Made by a program: the position numbers and the translations under genes. A stretch of DNA of 64,000 nucleotides from Planctomycetota bacterium (GTDB lineage: Bacteria; Planctomycetota; B15-G4; SIAN01), in contig JANNXA010000018.1 of the NCBI GenBank assembly GCA_031409275.1, positions 1 to 64,000 of the forward strand, in the 5' to 3' direction. The notes below the pieces were generated by a model that was not told where the DNA came from, made no database searches, and saw nothing but the letters and a program-made list of their open reading frames with translations. This document shows, one piece after another, positions 18,601 through 28,049 of this stretch (the stretch's first letter is position 1; every line of letters begins with the position of its first letter).

Positions 18601-21309
18601 GCGAAGATCGAGCGGCATCCAGCCATGGTTTGGCGCGTCGTCCTCGCCCGAAGTACCTCCCGGCTGCCACGGCTCCAGTTCGTGAGCCGCTTCGCGCAGC
18701 GCCGCAAGGAACGCGGAGTCGAGCGCCTGCAGCTCGTCGAACTTCTTGCGGGAGCTCCGGGCGCCTCGGAGCTGCACGAACGCGGTCAACATCAGCCCTT
18801 CGGAAAGGAGGCCGTTCGCCACCATCGCGTTCAGCGTCTGGCGCAGCTTGCGGGCAGCGTTGCGATTGGGTGCCGATGGGTCGCTGGCCGGCGTGCTTGC
18901 AGGCTCGTGGCGCGGCCTCATGCCAAGCTCATGCGCCAACTCGTCCATGTCGATCACGTCGCGCGGATCAGCCCGAAACAGCAGCTCCAGGAGTCGTGTC
19001 CATTGCTCGCGTTGGCGGGGCGAGAGGCGCAGTTGCTCGATGCGCGCGCGCCCTTTCTCGATCGACTCGACCTTCGGACGCCCCTGGAAGACGTTGGTCT
19101 CATTCTCGTCGCGCAGCAGGAATCCGCCGCGCTCGAGCCAAGAGACCGCGGTCTGCACCTTGGTGCGCGCGTCGCGATCGACAGCCTCGAACGAGACGTC
19201 GGTGCGATCGTCGTGAAGCAGCTCGCCTGCGGTGACGACGATCGAGTCGGGTCGCGCGGCGCGCGGGCGGCAGCGGCGAACCGCGAGGAGGATTGCCGAG
19301 ATGTCGTCGGGCTTGAGACAGGAGCGGTCGAGCAGGTCGAACTGGCGGTCGACGTCGGGTTCGGCGAAGAGGAGGAGGCAGTGGGCGCTCACTCGATCGC
19401 GACCCGCGCGCCCCGCCTCCTGCAGGTAGTTCTCGAGCGAGCCGGGAATGTCGAGGTGGACGACCAGTCGCACGCACGGCTCGTCGATCCCCATCCCGAA
19501 TGCGTTGGTAGCGCAGATGATTCGGGGCGCGCCGTTGGCGAATCGGTGCTGGAGGTCGCGCTTGGCCGTCGCTTCGAGGCCGGCGTGGAATGCGGCGGCA
19601 TCGAAACCCCGCTGCTTGAGCGCGTCGGCAGTGGTCTCGGTGCGCCGCCGGGTCGCGCAGTAGACGATCGCCTTGCCGCACTCGCGACCGCTCGATGGCG
19701 TGTCGGGCAGGTAGCGGCGCAGCGCCGCCTCGATCGCCGCGACCTTGCGCGCCTCCTCGATGACGATCACCTCGAAGGTGAGGTTGTCTCGCTTGGGCGG
19801 CAGTTCGATCACCTTCAGCGCCAGGCCGACCGCGTCCTTGAAGTAGTCGAGGATCTCGCCGCGAACGTCATGGCGCGCCGTGGCGGTGAAGCAATGCACG
19901 GGCGCGACCGGGGTCCGTTCGCGTTGATGGAACTCTCGGAGGAAGCGGCCGGCGTAGTGGTAGTCGGTGCGGAAGTCATGGCCCCACTTGGCGAGACAGT
20001 GCGCCTCGTCGAACACCCACGCCGCGATCTCGCGGGCGCGGATCGTCTCCCGAAACGAGCGATTGCGCATTTGTTCAGGAGAGACGTAGAGCAGTGCGAG
20101 TTCGCCGAGTCGTGTTCTTTCGAGGACGCGCGCGCGTTCGAGCGGGGTGAGCAGGCCGTTCAGCGCGGCGGCAGGCTCGGCGCGCAGCTTCTCGTTCAAG
20201 TTCTTCACCTGATCGAGCATCAGTGCCTGCAGCGGCGAGACGACGATCGTCAGCACGCCGGTGCGTGCATGGCGGACCAGTGCGGGGAGCTGGTAGCAGA
20301 TCGACTTGCCGAATCCGGTCGGCAGGATCGCGAGGCTCGATTCGCCGTCGAGCCCGAGGCGGATCACCTCCTCCTGGACTGGGCGACCGCTCGCGCCGGC
20401 TTGGCCTTGGAACGAATCGTGGTCGAAGTGTTCCTTCAACAGAGCGCGCGGGTCGTGCATGCGGCGGCACCAGTCGCAGGTGCGTCCGCACGCGGACGCG
20501 TCGCGAACGGCGCGGATCAGATCGCCGGCAGCCGGGAAGTGGTGGTGAACCCAGCGCGGTAGGACGGAGTGGGTTTGGGCGACCTCGAGCCAGGCGAAGA
20601 CATAGGCGGCAGCGGCGCGCTGACGCGGGTCGGCCAACAGTCGCTCCAGCGCGAGGCGTAGCGCGGGTGCGCAAGCGCGGTGCACATGGCGCGCGACGGC
20701 GCGCTCCATCAGCTTGCCGTCGCGCAGTCGGCCGGCTCCGAGCCGTTCGAGCCAGTCGGCGGTGCCGACGGCGGTCTGTGGCAAGTCCCCGTCTGGCTTC
20801 CAGTCGACCAACGGTGAGCGGAGCAGCGCGAAGAGCTCGGGATCGCGCGCGCCTATTTCGCGCAACAACGAGGTCTCAGTCGCAAGCAGCTCCCGCGCGA
20901 GTCGGGCGTCCGCGAGGGGGTCGTTCTGCGCGTCGCGTTGGAGTTTGTAGTCCTTTACCAGATCGTGATACGGCTTCTCTGGGCGCGAAAGCGGGGAGAG
21001 CAGCAAGGTGTCGATCGCCGGAAGGCGAAGAATCCTCGGCGGCCGCGTTGCGGCGGCCGAAAAGAAGCGGCGCAAGTGCGGGAGATCGAAGGCGATGAGG
21101 TTGTGACCGGCCAGCCAGCGAGCTTTGCGGCCGAAACGGTCGAGCTCCGCGAGTGCCACGACCGCATCGGACGTCGAGGCGACCCTGCGCCGGAACGGCT
21201 GATCACCGAGGACCGCTCCGATGTCAAACAGCTCGCCGGCCTCGGTCAGCTCGAGGTCGACGAAGAGGATCCGGTCTTGCTCGGGGAGATCGTCGGGCGA
21301 TGAGCTCAC
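15667..21309 (-). CDS. Giant fusion: DEDD exonuclease-like + RecQ (SF2) helicase + UvrD/Rep (SF1) helicase
   Basis: N-terminal 'FVDLE...GHNLIAFD...DTLLLS'; RecQ 'LPTGFGKSICYQLPAL', 'DEAHCLAKWGHDFR', 'ATNAFGMGID' and 'QEAGRAGRD'; UvrD 'AGPGSGKT', 'VDEYQD', 'VGDDDQMIY', 'HAAKGLEF' and 'YVAMTRAK'; probable GTG start at 21309. Confidence 0.9.
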   Translation of the reverse strand: MSSSPDDLPEQDRILFVDLELTEAGELFDIGAVLGDQPFRRRVASTSDAVVALAELDRFGRKARWLAGHNLIAFDLPHLRRFFSAAATRPPRILRLPAIDTLLLSPLSRPEKPYHDLVKDYKLQRDAQNDPLADARLARELLATETSLLREIGARDPELFALLRSPLVDWKPDGDLPQTAVGTADWLERLGAGRLRDGKLMERAVARHVHRACAPALRLALERLLADPRQRAAAAYVFAWLEVAQTHSVLPRWVHHHFPAAGDLIRAVRDASACGRTCDWCRRMHDPRALLKEHFDHDSFQGQAGASGRPVQEEVIRLGLDGESSLAILPTGFGKSICYQLPALVRHARTGVLTIVVSPLQALMLDQVKNLNEKLRAEPAAALNGLLTPLERARVLERTRLGELALLYVSPEQMRNRSFRETIRAREIAAWVFDEAHCLAKWGHDFRTDYHYAGRFLREFHQRERTPVAPVHCFTATARHDVRGEILDYFKDAVGLALKVIELPPKRDNLTFEVIVIEEARKVAAIEAALRRYLPDTPSSGRECGKAIVYCATRRRTETTADALKQRGFDAAAFHAGLEATAKRDLQHRFANGAPRIICATNAFGMGIDEPCVRLVVHLDIPGSLENYLQEAGRAGRDRVSAHCLLLFAEPDVDRQFDLLDRSCLKPDDISAILLAVRRCRPRAARPDSIVVTAGELLHDDRTDVSFEAVDRDARTKVQTAVSWLERGGFLLRDENETNVFQGRPKVESIEKGRARIEQLRLSPRQREQWTRLLELLFRADPRDVIDMDELAHELGMRPRHEPASTPASDPSAPNRNAARKLRQTLNAMVANGLLSEGLMLTAFVQLRGARSSRKKFDELQALDSAFLAALREAAHELEPWQPGGTSGEDDAPNHGWMPLDLRQVSARLREQGHEVHPLQLQKLLSALSVDGRGEGPVATPCEQSATEADDPPPTDPGHCGSLDARHRGADQWRVRLRRGWEALDLLAQRRRAASEAVLEMLLPKATSADPGRGEVLVEFGLSEMVAAVAVRLAGIPPEEAQAAAERALLHLHELEVVTLQRGLALFRQAMTVRLVDRRNGQKWTKEDHAALQSHYEMRKQQVHVLRRWAEQMTVAPTAAQQLVSDYFSQRNDAFLDRWFRDRRKELALPVNPPTFARIVTDLRHEAQREIVTRKAEEDVLVLAGPGSGKTRVVVHRCAWLLQIARVPPEAILILCFNRGAAHELRRRLRDLAGDLARRVTIHTYHALALRLTGRTFERERIASVNRHAGNDAVAGSHDKDAAFQSILREAIALLRGGDEDARAAIDDSDVEARSLRQRLLAGFRHVLVDEYQDVDQEQYELIRILAGYGGLPNDEEQATAANSDALATTGPSIAARELSPNDANSTIAARRQGKGKRREERACVLAVGDDDQMIYGWRGADARWMRRFEQDYSAKPVFLIDNHRSSPPIIEASNRIIAPAPGRMKVDHPIRPVAEGAATLAARDFARRDSIGRGRVQRFVVADRASQLATFAAEISRLRELGGASATIDWNAVAVLARRHVELDPVRAWCETNGVPARRRISSDQRIRLHRVREFRVAFERLAAQPPSTTATPKELRALLSTPRLDARRSPWRRLLDAVIDDWHDEVGDDPALAREFAAFLHEQLSDEERDQAIGNGLFLGSVHAAKGLEFDHVFVLDGSWSAGHREGREGHQTREQFLVEERRSYYVAMTRAKLTLHLFQHRDVAGGFASELPSGERWLLDREAATTAVAPELLRRRYELLSLRDFDLGYAGGRAASHPIHRALAELSTGDAVELRTDPDSLGRAIDVFDRSGRPVARLSKDAAERWRDRIGEILEARIIAMLERRHDDGSERDRARYGNRVQLERWELPILELTTNR

Positions 21310-21403
21310 GGCGCGCGAGCGTAGCCGCGGCACGGTGCCGCGCGCACCCCGTTCCTCGCGTAACGTGCGCCGCCTTCCGCAACCAGGACTGGATGAGGGC
21401 GCC

Positions 21404-23482
21404 ATGAGCGATCGGATCGAGAGTCGATGGGTGGACGCCGAGTGCGCAGGTTTCAGCGAGGAGCGGCTGCTGCTCTATCGCTCGCAGCGGCTCGGCAGCG
21501 ATCTGCGGGTGACCAACTTCGGCGGCGGCAACACGTCAGCGAAGGTGCGCATGGCGGATCCGCTCGACGGTTCGCAAGTCGAGGTGCTGTGGGTGAAGGG
21601 GTCGGGCGGCGACATCGGGACGGCCGGCGCCGACGGTTACGCCACGCTCTACCTCGACAAGGTGGTCAGCCTCGAGAAGCGCTATCGCGGCAAGGTGCAC
21701 GAGGATGAGATCCCCGCGCTCTACCCGCATTGCACGTTCAACTTGAATCCACGCGCGGCCAGCATCGACACGCCGCTGCACGCCTTCGTGCCGCACCGCC
21801 ACGTCGACCACCTCCATCCCGACTCGGTGATCGCCATCGCGGCGGCCAAGGAGGGCGAGGCGATCACGCGCGAGCTGTGGGGCGATCGCATCGCCTGGTT
21901 GTCCTGGCAGCGGCCGGGGTTCGACCTCGGGCTGCGCATCCGCGACGCGCTGCGCGCGCGACCGGGACTCGAAGGGGCGATCCTCGCCGGCCACGGCCTC
22001 ATCCACTGGTCCGACACCTCGAAGGGCTGCTACGACAAGGCGCTCGAACTGATCAACGATGCGATCGCCTTCCTGGCGAAGCGGCCGCGCCATCTCTTTG
22101 GCGGCCCGAAGGTGAGCGCGCGCACGACCGAGGAGCGGCACGCCTTCGTCGCGGCGTTGACGCCGGCGCTGCGCGGCAGGCTCTCGCGCGAGCAGCGCAA
22201 GGTCGGCCACTTCGACGGCACCCGCGAGGTGGTCGACTTCGTCTCGAGCAAGGAGGCGGCACGGCTCTGCGCCATCGGCACGAGTTGCCCCGACCACTTC
22301 CTGCGCACCAAGATCCGTCCGCTGCACGTCGACATGGACGCGACGACGACGCCGACGCAGCTCGCCGCGCGCCTCGATCCGCTGCTCGACGCGTACGTCG
22401 CCGACTACCGCGCCTACTGGGAGCGCTGCAAGCGGCCCGACTCGCCGCCGCTGCGCGATCCCTATCCGGTGGTGGTGATGCTGCCGGGCATCGGGATGGT
22501 GTCGTTCAGCAAGGACAAGAGCTTCGCGCGCCAGGCGAGCGAGTTCTGGGTGAACGCGATCCACGTGATGGATGGCGCGCAGAAGCTCGGCGGCTACGTC
22601 GGCCTGCCCGAGCAGGAGGCGTTCGGCATCGAATACTGGCTGCTCGAGGAGGCGAAGCTGAAACGCCTGCCCGCCGAGCGGCCGCTGTCGCGTCGCATCG
22701 CGCTGATCACCGGTGGCGCGGGCGGCATCGGCAAAGCGAGCGCCCGGCGGTTGCTGGCCGAAGGCGCGGTGGCGGTGCTGACCGACCTCGACGCGGCGGC
22801 ACTGGCGCTGGCGGAGGCGGAACTCGCGAAGGAGTTCGGCCGTGATGCGGTGCGCACCGTGGTCGCCGACGTGCGCGACGAAGCGAGCGTCATCGCCGCG
22901 GTGGAGCGCACCTGCGTCGAGTACGGCGGTCTCGACTTGCTCGTGCTGTGCGCGGGGCTGGCGTCGGCGGCGCCGATCGAGGAGACGACGCTCGAACTGT
23001 GGAAGCGCAACCTCGACGTGCTGGCGACCGGCTATTTCCTCTTCGCGCGCGAAGGCTTCAAGGTGATGCAGAAGCAGGGGATGGGCGGCTCGATCGTCTC
23101 GATCGCCAGCAAGAATGCGCTGGCGGCTTCGCCCAATGCTGCGGCGTACTGCACCGCCAAAGCGGCGGAGCTCCACCTCGCGCGCTGCCTCGCGCTCGAA
23201 GGGGCGCCGCACGGGATTCGCGTCAACACGGTCAATCCCGACGCGGTGCTGCGCGGCAGCAAGATCTGGCAGGGCGACTGGAGGAAGGAGCGCGCGGCGG
23301 CCTACGGCGTCGGCGAGGGCGACCTCGAAGAGCTCTATCGCAAGCGCAGCCTGTTGCAGCGCAACGTCTATCCCGAAGACGTCGCCGAGGCGGTGGCGTG
23401 GTTCGCCGGCGAGAAGAGCAGCAAGTCGACCGGCAACCTGCTCAACGTCGACGCCGGCAACAAGGAGGCGTTCCCGCGGTGA
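21404..23482 (+). CDS. rhaEW: Bifunctional rhamnulose-1-phosphate aldolase / short-chain dehydrogenase
   Basis: 'TNFGGGNTSAK', 'SIDTPLH', 'DHLHPD', 'GTSCPDHFLRTK' and 'EYWLLEEAKL'; SDR 'TGGAGGIG' and 'YCTAK'. Confidence 0.95.
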   Translation: MSDRIESRWVDAECAGFSEERLLLYRSQRLGSDLRVTNFGGGNTSAKVRMADPLDGSQVEVLWVKGSGGDIGTAGADGYATLYLDKVVSLEKRYRGKVHEDEIPALYPHCTFNLNPRAASIDTPLHAFVPHRHVDHLHPDSVIAIAAAKEGEAITRELWGDRIAWLSWQRPGFDLGLRIRDALRARPGLEGAILAGHGLIHWSDTSKGCYDKALELINDAIAFLAKRPRHLFGGPKVSARTTEERHAFVAALTPALRGRLSREQRKVGHFDGTREVVDFVSSKEAARLCAIGTSCPDHFLRTKIRPLHVDMDATTTPTQLAARLDPLLDAYVADYRAYWERCKRPDSPPLRDPYPVVVMLPGIGMVSFSKDKSFARQASEFWVNAIHVMDGAQKLGGYVGLPEQEAFGIEYWLLEEAKLKRLPAERPLSRRIALITGGAGGIGKASARRLLAEGAVAVLTDLDAAALALAEAELAKEFGRDAVRTVVADVRDEASVIAAVERTCVEYGGLDLLVLCAGLASAAPIEETTLELWKRNLDVLATGYFLFAREGFKVMQKQGMGGSIVSIASKNALAASPNAAAYCTAKAAELHLARCLALEGAPHGIRVNTVNPDAVLRGSKIWQGDWRKERAAAYGVGEGDLEELYRKRSLLQRNVYPEDVAEAVAWFAGEKSSKSTGNLLNVDAGNKEAFPR

Positions 23483-24273
23483 GCGCGCCGCTGCCGCGGG
23501 TGGTGCAGCTCTTCCCGACCTGCCTCGTGAACGAGCTGCTGCCGGAAGTCGCGATCGCGGCGGTCGAGCGGCTCGAACGGGCGGGCCTTCGGGTCGAGGT
23601 GCCGGCGGGGCTGACCTGCTGCGGACAACCGGCATGGAATGCAGGCTTCGCCGCCGAGGCGAAGGCGGTGGCGCGACGCACCCTCGCGATCCTGGCGGCG
23701 ACCCAGGGTCCGATCGTGATCCCGTCGGGTTCGTGCGGCGACATGCTGATCCACCAGATGGTGGAGCTCTTCCGCGATGAGCCGAAGGCCGTCGCGCAGG
23801 CGCGCGTGATCGCGTCGCGCTGCGTGGAACTGACGGCGCTCCTCGCGACACTGCCGGCCGTATCGACTCCGGGAGGATCGATGGCGGCGGCTGCGCCGAG
23901 CGCGCCGCTCGCGGCGAGCGGCGCGCAGAAGCGCTTGCGCGTCGCCTATCACCCCTCGTGTCACTTGACGCGCGGGCTCGGCGTGCGCGAGGCGCCTCTG
24001 GAACTGCTGCGCGCCACCCCTGGCGTCGAGCTGGTGCCACTCGACCGGAGCGAGGAGTGCTGCGGGTTCGGCGGCCTCTTCAGCGTGAAACAGCCCGACC
24101 TCTCGGGCGCCATGCTCGACGCGAAGTGCCGTGCGCTCGAGGCGAGCGGCGCCGAGGTCGTGGCGAGCTGCGACGCCGGCTGCCTGCTCCATCTCGCCGG
24201 TGGGCTGCGACGACGCGGCGCGACGATGCGCGCCTGCCACGTCGTCGAGCTGTTGCGGCGCGACGAACCATGA
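23479..24273 (+). CDS. lutA: L-lactate utilisation CCG-domain subunit (LutA/LldE/YkgE)
   Basis: 'FPTCLV', 'TCCGQPAWNAG', 'PSGSCG', 'YHPSCH' and 'ECCGFGGLFSVK'; GTGA overlap. Confidence 0.92.
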   Translation: MSAPLPRVVQLFPTCLVNELLPEVAIAAVERLERAGLRVEVPAGLTCCGQPAWNAGFAAEAKAVARRTLAILAATQGPIVIPSGSCGDMLIHQMVELFRDEPKAVAQARVIASRCVELTALLATLPAVSTPGGSMAAAAPSAPLAASGAQKRLRVAYHPSCHLTRGLGVREAPLELLRATPGVELVPLDRSEECCGFGGLFSVKQPDLSGAMLDAKCRALEASGAEVVASCDAGCLLHLAGGLRRRGATMRACHVVELLRRDEP

Positions 24274-25709
24274 GCACGGGCCTCGGCGGCGGCGGCCCAT
24301 CGCCCTTCGTGCAGCGCGTTCGCAAGGCGCTGGCCGACGAGTCGCTCCATGTGGCGTTGGGCCGCGCGACGGCGCAGCTGCAGTCGCGGCGCGCCCATGC
24401 GTTCGCGTCGCTCGACGATGCCGACGTGGTTCGGGCACACGCTCGGGCCGGCAAGCTCGCCGCGTTGCGCACGCTCGACGTGCAGCTCGAGGCGTTCGAG
24501 CGGCGGCTGGTCGAGAACGGCACCACCGTCCACTGGGCGCGCGACGCCGAGGAGGCGTGCGCCACGATCGTCGCCATCGCGCAGTCGCGCGGCTGCCGGC
24601 GCGCGGTGAAGGGCAAGTCGATGGCGACCGAGGAGGTCGAGCTGAACGGCGCGCTGCAGGCGGCCGGCATCGAGGTGGTCGAGAGCGACCTCGGCGAGTA
24701 CGTGGTGCAGCTCGACCACGATCGCCCGAGCCACATCATCCTGCCGATCCTCCACCGCACGCGGGAGCAGGTCGGCCGCATCTTCGAGCGCGAACTCGCC
24801 GTCGACTACACGCCCGATCCGGCAACGCTCGCGCGCATCGCCCGCGAGCGGCTGCGCGAACGCTTCCTGGCCGCCGACCTCGGCATCACCGGCGCCAACT
24901 TCGGCGTCGTGGAGAGCGGGACGCTCTGCATCGTCAGCAACGAAGGCAACGTGCGCATGAGCACTTCGCTGCCGCGCGTGCACGTTGCGCTGCTGGGCAT
25001 CGACAAGCTGGTGCCGACGCTCGCCGATCTCGACGCGGCGTTGAAGGTGCTGGCGCGTTCCGCGACCGGGCAGAAGAGCACCGTCTACGTGAGCCTGGTG
25101 AACGGCCCGCGCCGCAGCGTCGCGGAAGAGGGGCCCGAGGAAGTGCACGTCGTGCTGCTCGACCACCGGCGCACGCGCACGCTGGCCGGCGAGACGGCCG
25201 AGATGCTCGCCTGCATCCGTTGCGGCGCCTGCTTGAACGCCTGTCCGGTCTTCCAGCAGATCGGCGGGCACGCCTACGGCTCGATCTACCCCGGCCCGAT
25301 GGGCAGCGTGCTGACGCCGACGATGCGCGGCCTCGCCGAGTTCGAGCAGCTGCCGCAGGCGAGCAGCCTGTGCGGCGCGTGCAAGGAGGTCTGCCCGATC
25401 GGCATCGACCTGCCGCGAATGCTGCTGGCGTTGCGGCGTGAGAGCGTCGCCACCCTGCCGATCGCGCCGTCGCTGCGTGCGGCGATGCGCCTTTGGAGCT
25501 TCGTGATGACGCGGCCGCGGTGGCTGCGCCTCGCCAGACGATTGGCGCGCGCGTGGGCGTCTCGCTTCGCCAGCAACGGCTGGCTGCGCCGCCTGCCGGG
25601 TCCGTTCGCCGGCTGGACCGCTCATCGCGACGCGCGGCTGCCAGTGGCCCCATCGTTCGACGAGTGGTGGGCGGCGCGGGAGCGCACGGAACGTGGAGCG
25701 CCGCGATGA
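24270..25709 (+). CDS. lutB: L-lactate utilisation Fe-S subunit (LutB/LldF/YkgF)
   Basis: 'KGKSMATEE', 'SDLGEY', 'PSHII', 'CIRCGACLNACPV', 'YPGPMG' and 'SSLCGACKEVCP'. Confidence 0.95.
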   Translation: MSTGLGGGGPSPFVQRVRKALADESLHVALGRATAQLQSRRAHAFASLDDADVVRAHARAGKLAALRTLDVQLEAFERRLVENGTTVHWARDAEEACATIVAIAQSRGCRRAVKGKSMATEEVELNGALQAAGIEVVESDLGEYVVQLDHDRPSHIILPILHRTREQVGRIFERELAVDYTPDPATLARIARERLRERFLAADLGITGANFGVVESGTLCIVSNEGNVRMSTSLPRVHVALLGIDKLVPTLADLDAALKVLARSATGQKSTVYVSLVNGPRRSVAEEGPEEVHVVLLDHRRTRTLAGETAEMLACIRCGACLNACPVFQQIGGHAYGSIYPGPMGSVLTPTMRGLAEFEQLPQASSLCGACKEVCPIGIDLPRMLLALRRESVATLPIAPSLRAAMRLWSFVMTRPRWLRLARRLARAWASRFASNGWLRRLPGPFAGWTAHRDARLPVAPSFDEWWAARERTERGAPR

Positions 25710-26347
25710 ATGCGCGCGAGACGATCCTCGCCGACGTGCGTGCCGCGCTGCGCAGCGCCCGCATCCCGAACGAGCCGCTGCCGCCGCCACTGCTGGTGCC
25801 GCTCGAGTCGGCGGCGCCGTTGATCTGGCGCGAGCGTTTCATGGCCGAACTGCGACTGCTCGGCGTCGTCGTCTTCGACGAGAGCAGCGAGGCGGCCGTC
25901 GCCGATCGCGTCCTCGAGTCGATCGGCGCGCGTCGCTTGCTGGCCTGGCCCGACGCCGCGCTGCCGCCGGCGGTGGCGCACGCCGTCGCGACGCTGCCGC
26001 TCGGGCAGCGGCTCGACCTCGCGGCGCCGCGCTCGACGCTTGCCACGGCGGAGGTCGGGCTCACCGGGGTCGACGCGGCGGTCGCCGAGACCGGCAGCTT
26101 GTTGCTGGTCGCCTCGCGCGACCACCCGCGCACCCCTTCACTGCTGCCTCCGCTGCACGTGGCGGTCGTGCGCGGGAGCGAGATCGCGCCGACCTTTCGC
26201 GTCGCGCTCGAACGGTGGCGCGGCGCGATTCCCACGGCGTCGGCGCTGCATCTCATCACCGGCCCAAGCCGCACCGCCGACATCGAACTGCAGCTGACTC
26301 TGGGCGTCCACGGGCCGGGCGCGCTGATCGTCGTGCTGGGTCCGTGA
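25706..26347 (+). CDS. lutC: L-lactate utilisation LUD-domain subunit (LutC/LldG/YkgG)
   Basis: 'AETGS', 'SLLPPLHV' and 'ITGPSRTADIELQLTLGVHGP'. Confidence 0.93.
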   Translation: MNARETILADVRAALRSARIPNEPLPPPLLVPLESAAPLIWRERFMAELRLLGVVVFDESSEAAVADRVLESIGARRLLAWPDAALPPAVAHAVATLPLGQRLDLAAPRSTLATAEVGLTGVDAAVAETGSLLLVASRDHPRTPSLLPPLHVAVVRGSEIAPTFRVALERWRGAIPTASALHLITGPSRTADIELQLTLGVHGPGALIVVLGP

Positions 26348-26385
26348 CGAACGACGCGGCATCATCGCGGCCTCGGGGGGGCGCG

Positions 26386-27903
26386 ATGGGTGAGGAGCGG
26401 CAGCGGGAGAGCGAGGCGGCGAGCCACGTCGCGGTCGATCTGGGCGGCAGCAGCGGGCGCGTGATCCGCGGCCGCTTCGGCGCCGAGCGCTTCGAGTTCG
26501 AGGAGCTGCATCGCTTCAACCATGAGCCGAGCGTCCGCGACGGCGCGCTGCGCTGGTCGACCGCGTCGCTCTTCTCCGAGATCCTCGCAGGGCTTCGGCG
26601 TGCGGCCGCGAGCAGCGGCTCCATCGCCAGCGTCGGCGTCGATACCTGGGGTTGCGACTACGGCCTCTTCGATGGCGCCGGCGTGCTGCTCGAGGAGCCC
26701 ATCAGCTATCGCGACCCGCGCACCGACGGGATCCTCGCGCGCGTCGCGCCGCTGGTGCCGTTGCAGGAGATCTACCAGGCGACCGGAATCCAGCTCCAGC
26801 CGTTCAACACGCTGTTCCAGCTCTTCGCGCATGTCGGCGGCAGCGGTTGGCCGCGCACGGCGGCGCGGCTGCTGCCGTTGCCGGACCTCTTCCATCGCCT
26901 GCTGTGCGGCAGCGACGTCGGCGAAACGACGCATGCGACGACGATGCAGATGGTGCGTGCCGATACCGGCGACTGGGATCGCGAGCTGCTGCGCAAGTTC
27001 GCCATCCCATCGTCGATCCTGCCGCAGCTGGTTCCAGCTGGGACGCGGCTTGGGCCGCTGCGACCCGAGGTCGCGCGCGCGAGCGGGCTCGCGGGATGCG
27101 AGGTGATCGCGCCGGCGACGCATGACACGGCGAGCGCGGTCGCCGGCACTCCGCTGGGTGATGACGTCGCCTTCATCAGCGCAGGAACGTGGTGCCTGGT
27201 CGGGGTCGAGCGGCGCGCGCCGATCGTCAACGACGCAGCCTTCCGCGCCAACTTCACCAACGAGGGCGGCGTCGCCGGCACCACGCGCTTCCTGAAGAAC
27301 GTCGCCGGCATGTGGCTGCTCGAAGGATGTCGCGCCAGCTGGCGAAAGCAGGGGCACGACCTCGAATGGGACTCACTCGAGGCGGCGATCGAACGTGCGC
27401 CGGCGTGGGCCGGTGTGGTCGATCCCGACGATGCCTCGTTCTTCCGGCCCGACGACATGGAGGCGGCCGTTGCGGAGTTCCTGCGCTCGACGCAACAGCC
27501 GGTGCCCGCCACGCCCGGCGCATGGGCGCGGCTGCTGCTCGAGTCGCTGGCGCTGCGCTGCGCCGAAGTGATCGACGCGATCGGCGTCCTGACCGGAACC
27601 GCCGTGCATGCGGTGCGCGTGATCGGCGGAGGCAGTCGTCACGATTTCCTGAATCAGGCGCTCGCCGATGTGACCGGTCTGCCCGTCATCGCCGGGCCAG
27701 TCGAGGCGACGGCACTCGGCAACCTGCTGGTGCAGGCGATCGGTGTTGGCCGTTTCGGCGACCTCGCCGAAGGGCGCGCCTACATCGCGCAGAGGGTCTC
27801 GTCGCGCCACTACCAGCCACGCGGCCGCGATGCCGCACCGCCGCTGCTCGCGCGATTCCGGCGCGTGGTCGCGCTACGAGCCGCTCGTCGCCTGCACGAC
27901 TGA
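26386..27903 (+). CDS. rhaB: Rhamnulokinase (FGGY family)
   Basis: 'AVDLGGSSGR', 'GVDTWGCDY', 'YRDPRT', 'TGIQ..PFNTLFQL', 'HDTASAV', 'FTNEGG', 'LKNVAGMW' and 'GPVEATALGN'; alternative GTG start at 26344. Confidence 0.93.
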   Translation: MGEERQRESEAASHVAVDLGGSSGRVIRGRFGAERFEFEELHRFNHEPSVRDGALRWSTASLFSEILAGLRRAAASSGSIASVGVDTWGCDYGLFDGAGVLLEEPISYRDPRTDGILARVAPLVPLQEIYQATGIQLQPFNTLFQLFAHVGGSGWPRTAARLLPLPDLFHRLLCGSDVGETTHATTMQMVRADTGDWDRELLRKFAIPSSILPQLVPAGTRLGPLRPEVARASGLAGCEVIAPATHDTASAVAGTPLGDDVAFISAGTWCLVGVERRAPIVNDAAFRANFTNEGGVAGTTRFLKNVAGMWLLEGCRASWRKQGHDLEWDSLEAAIERAPAWAGVVDPDDASFFRPDDMEAAVAEFLRSTQQPVPATPGAWARLLLESLALRCAEVIDAIGVLTGTAVHAVRVIGGGSRHDFLNQALADVTGLPVIAGPVEATALGNLLVQAIGVGRFGDLAEGRAYIAQRVSSRHYQPRGRDAAPPLLARFRRVVALRAARRLHD

Positions 27904-28049
27904 GAGCGCCTGACAGAATGCACGCGTCGCGCCGAGATCGCGCGCAAGGAGAGGACGTCGGGATCGTTCAAAGCTTCTGCGGGCGCGCGCGACAACTGCG
28001 ACCGCCTCCACCAGGTGCGTCGCGCACGCCAGCATGCGAGTGACGGGCC

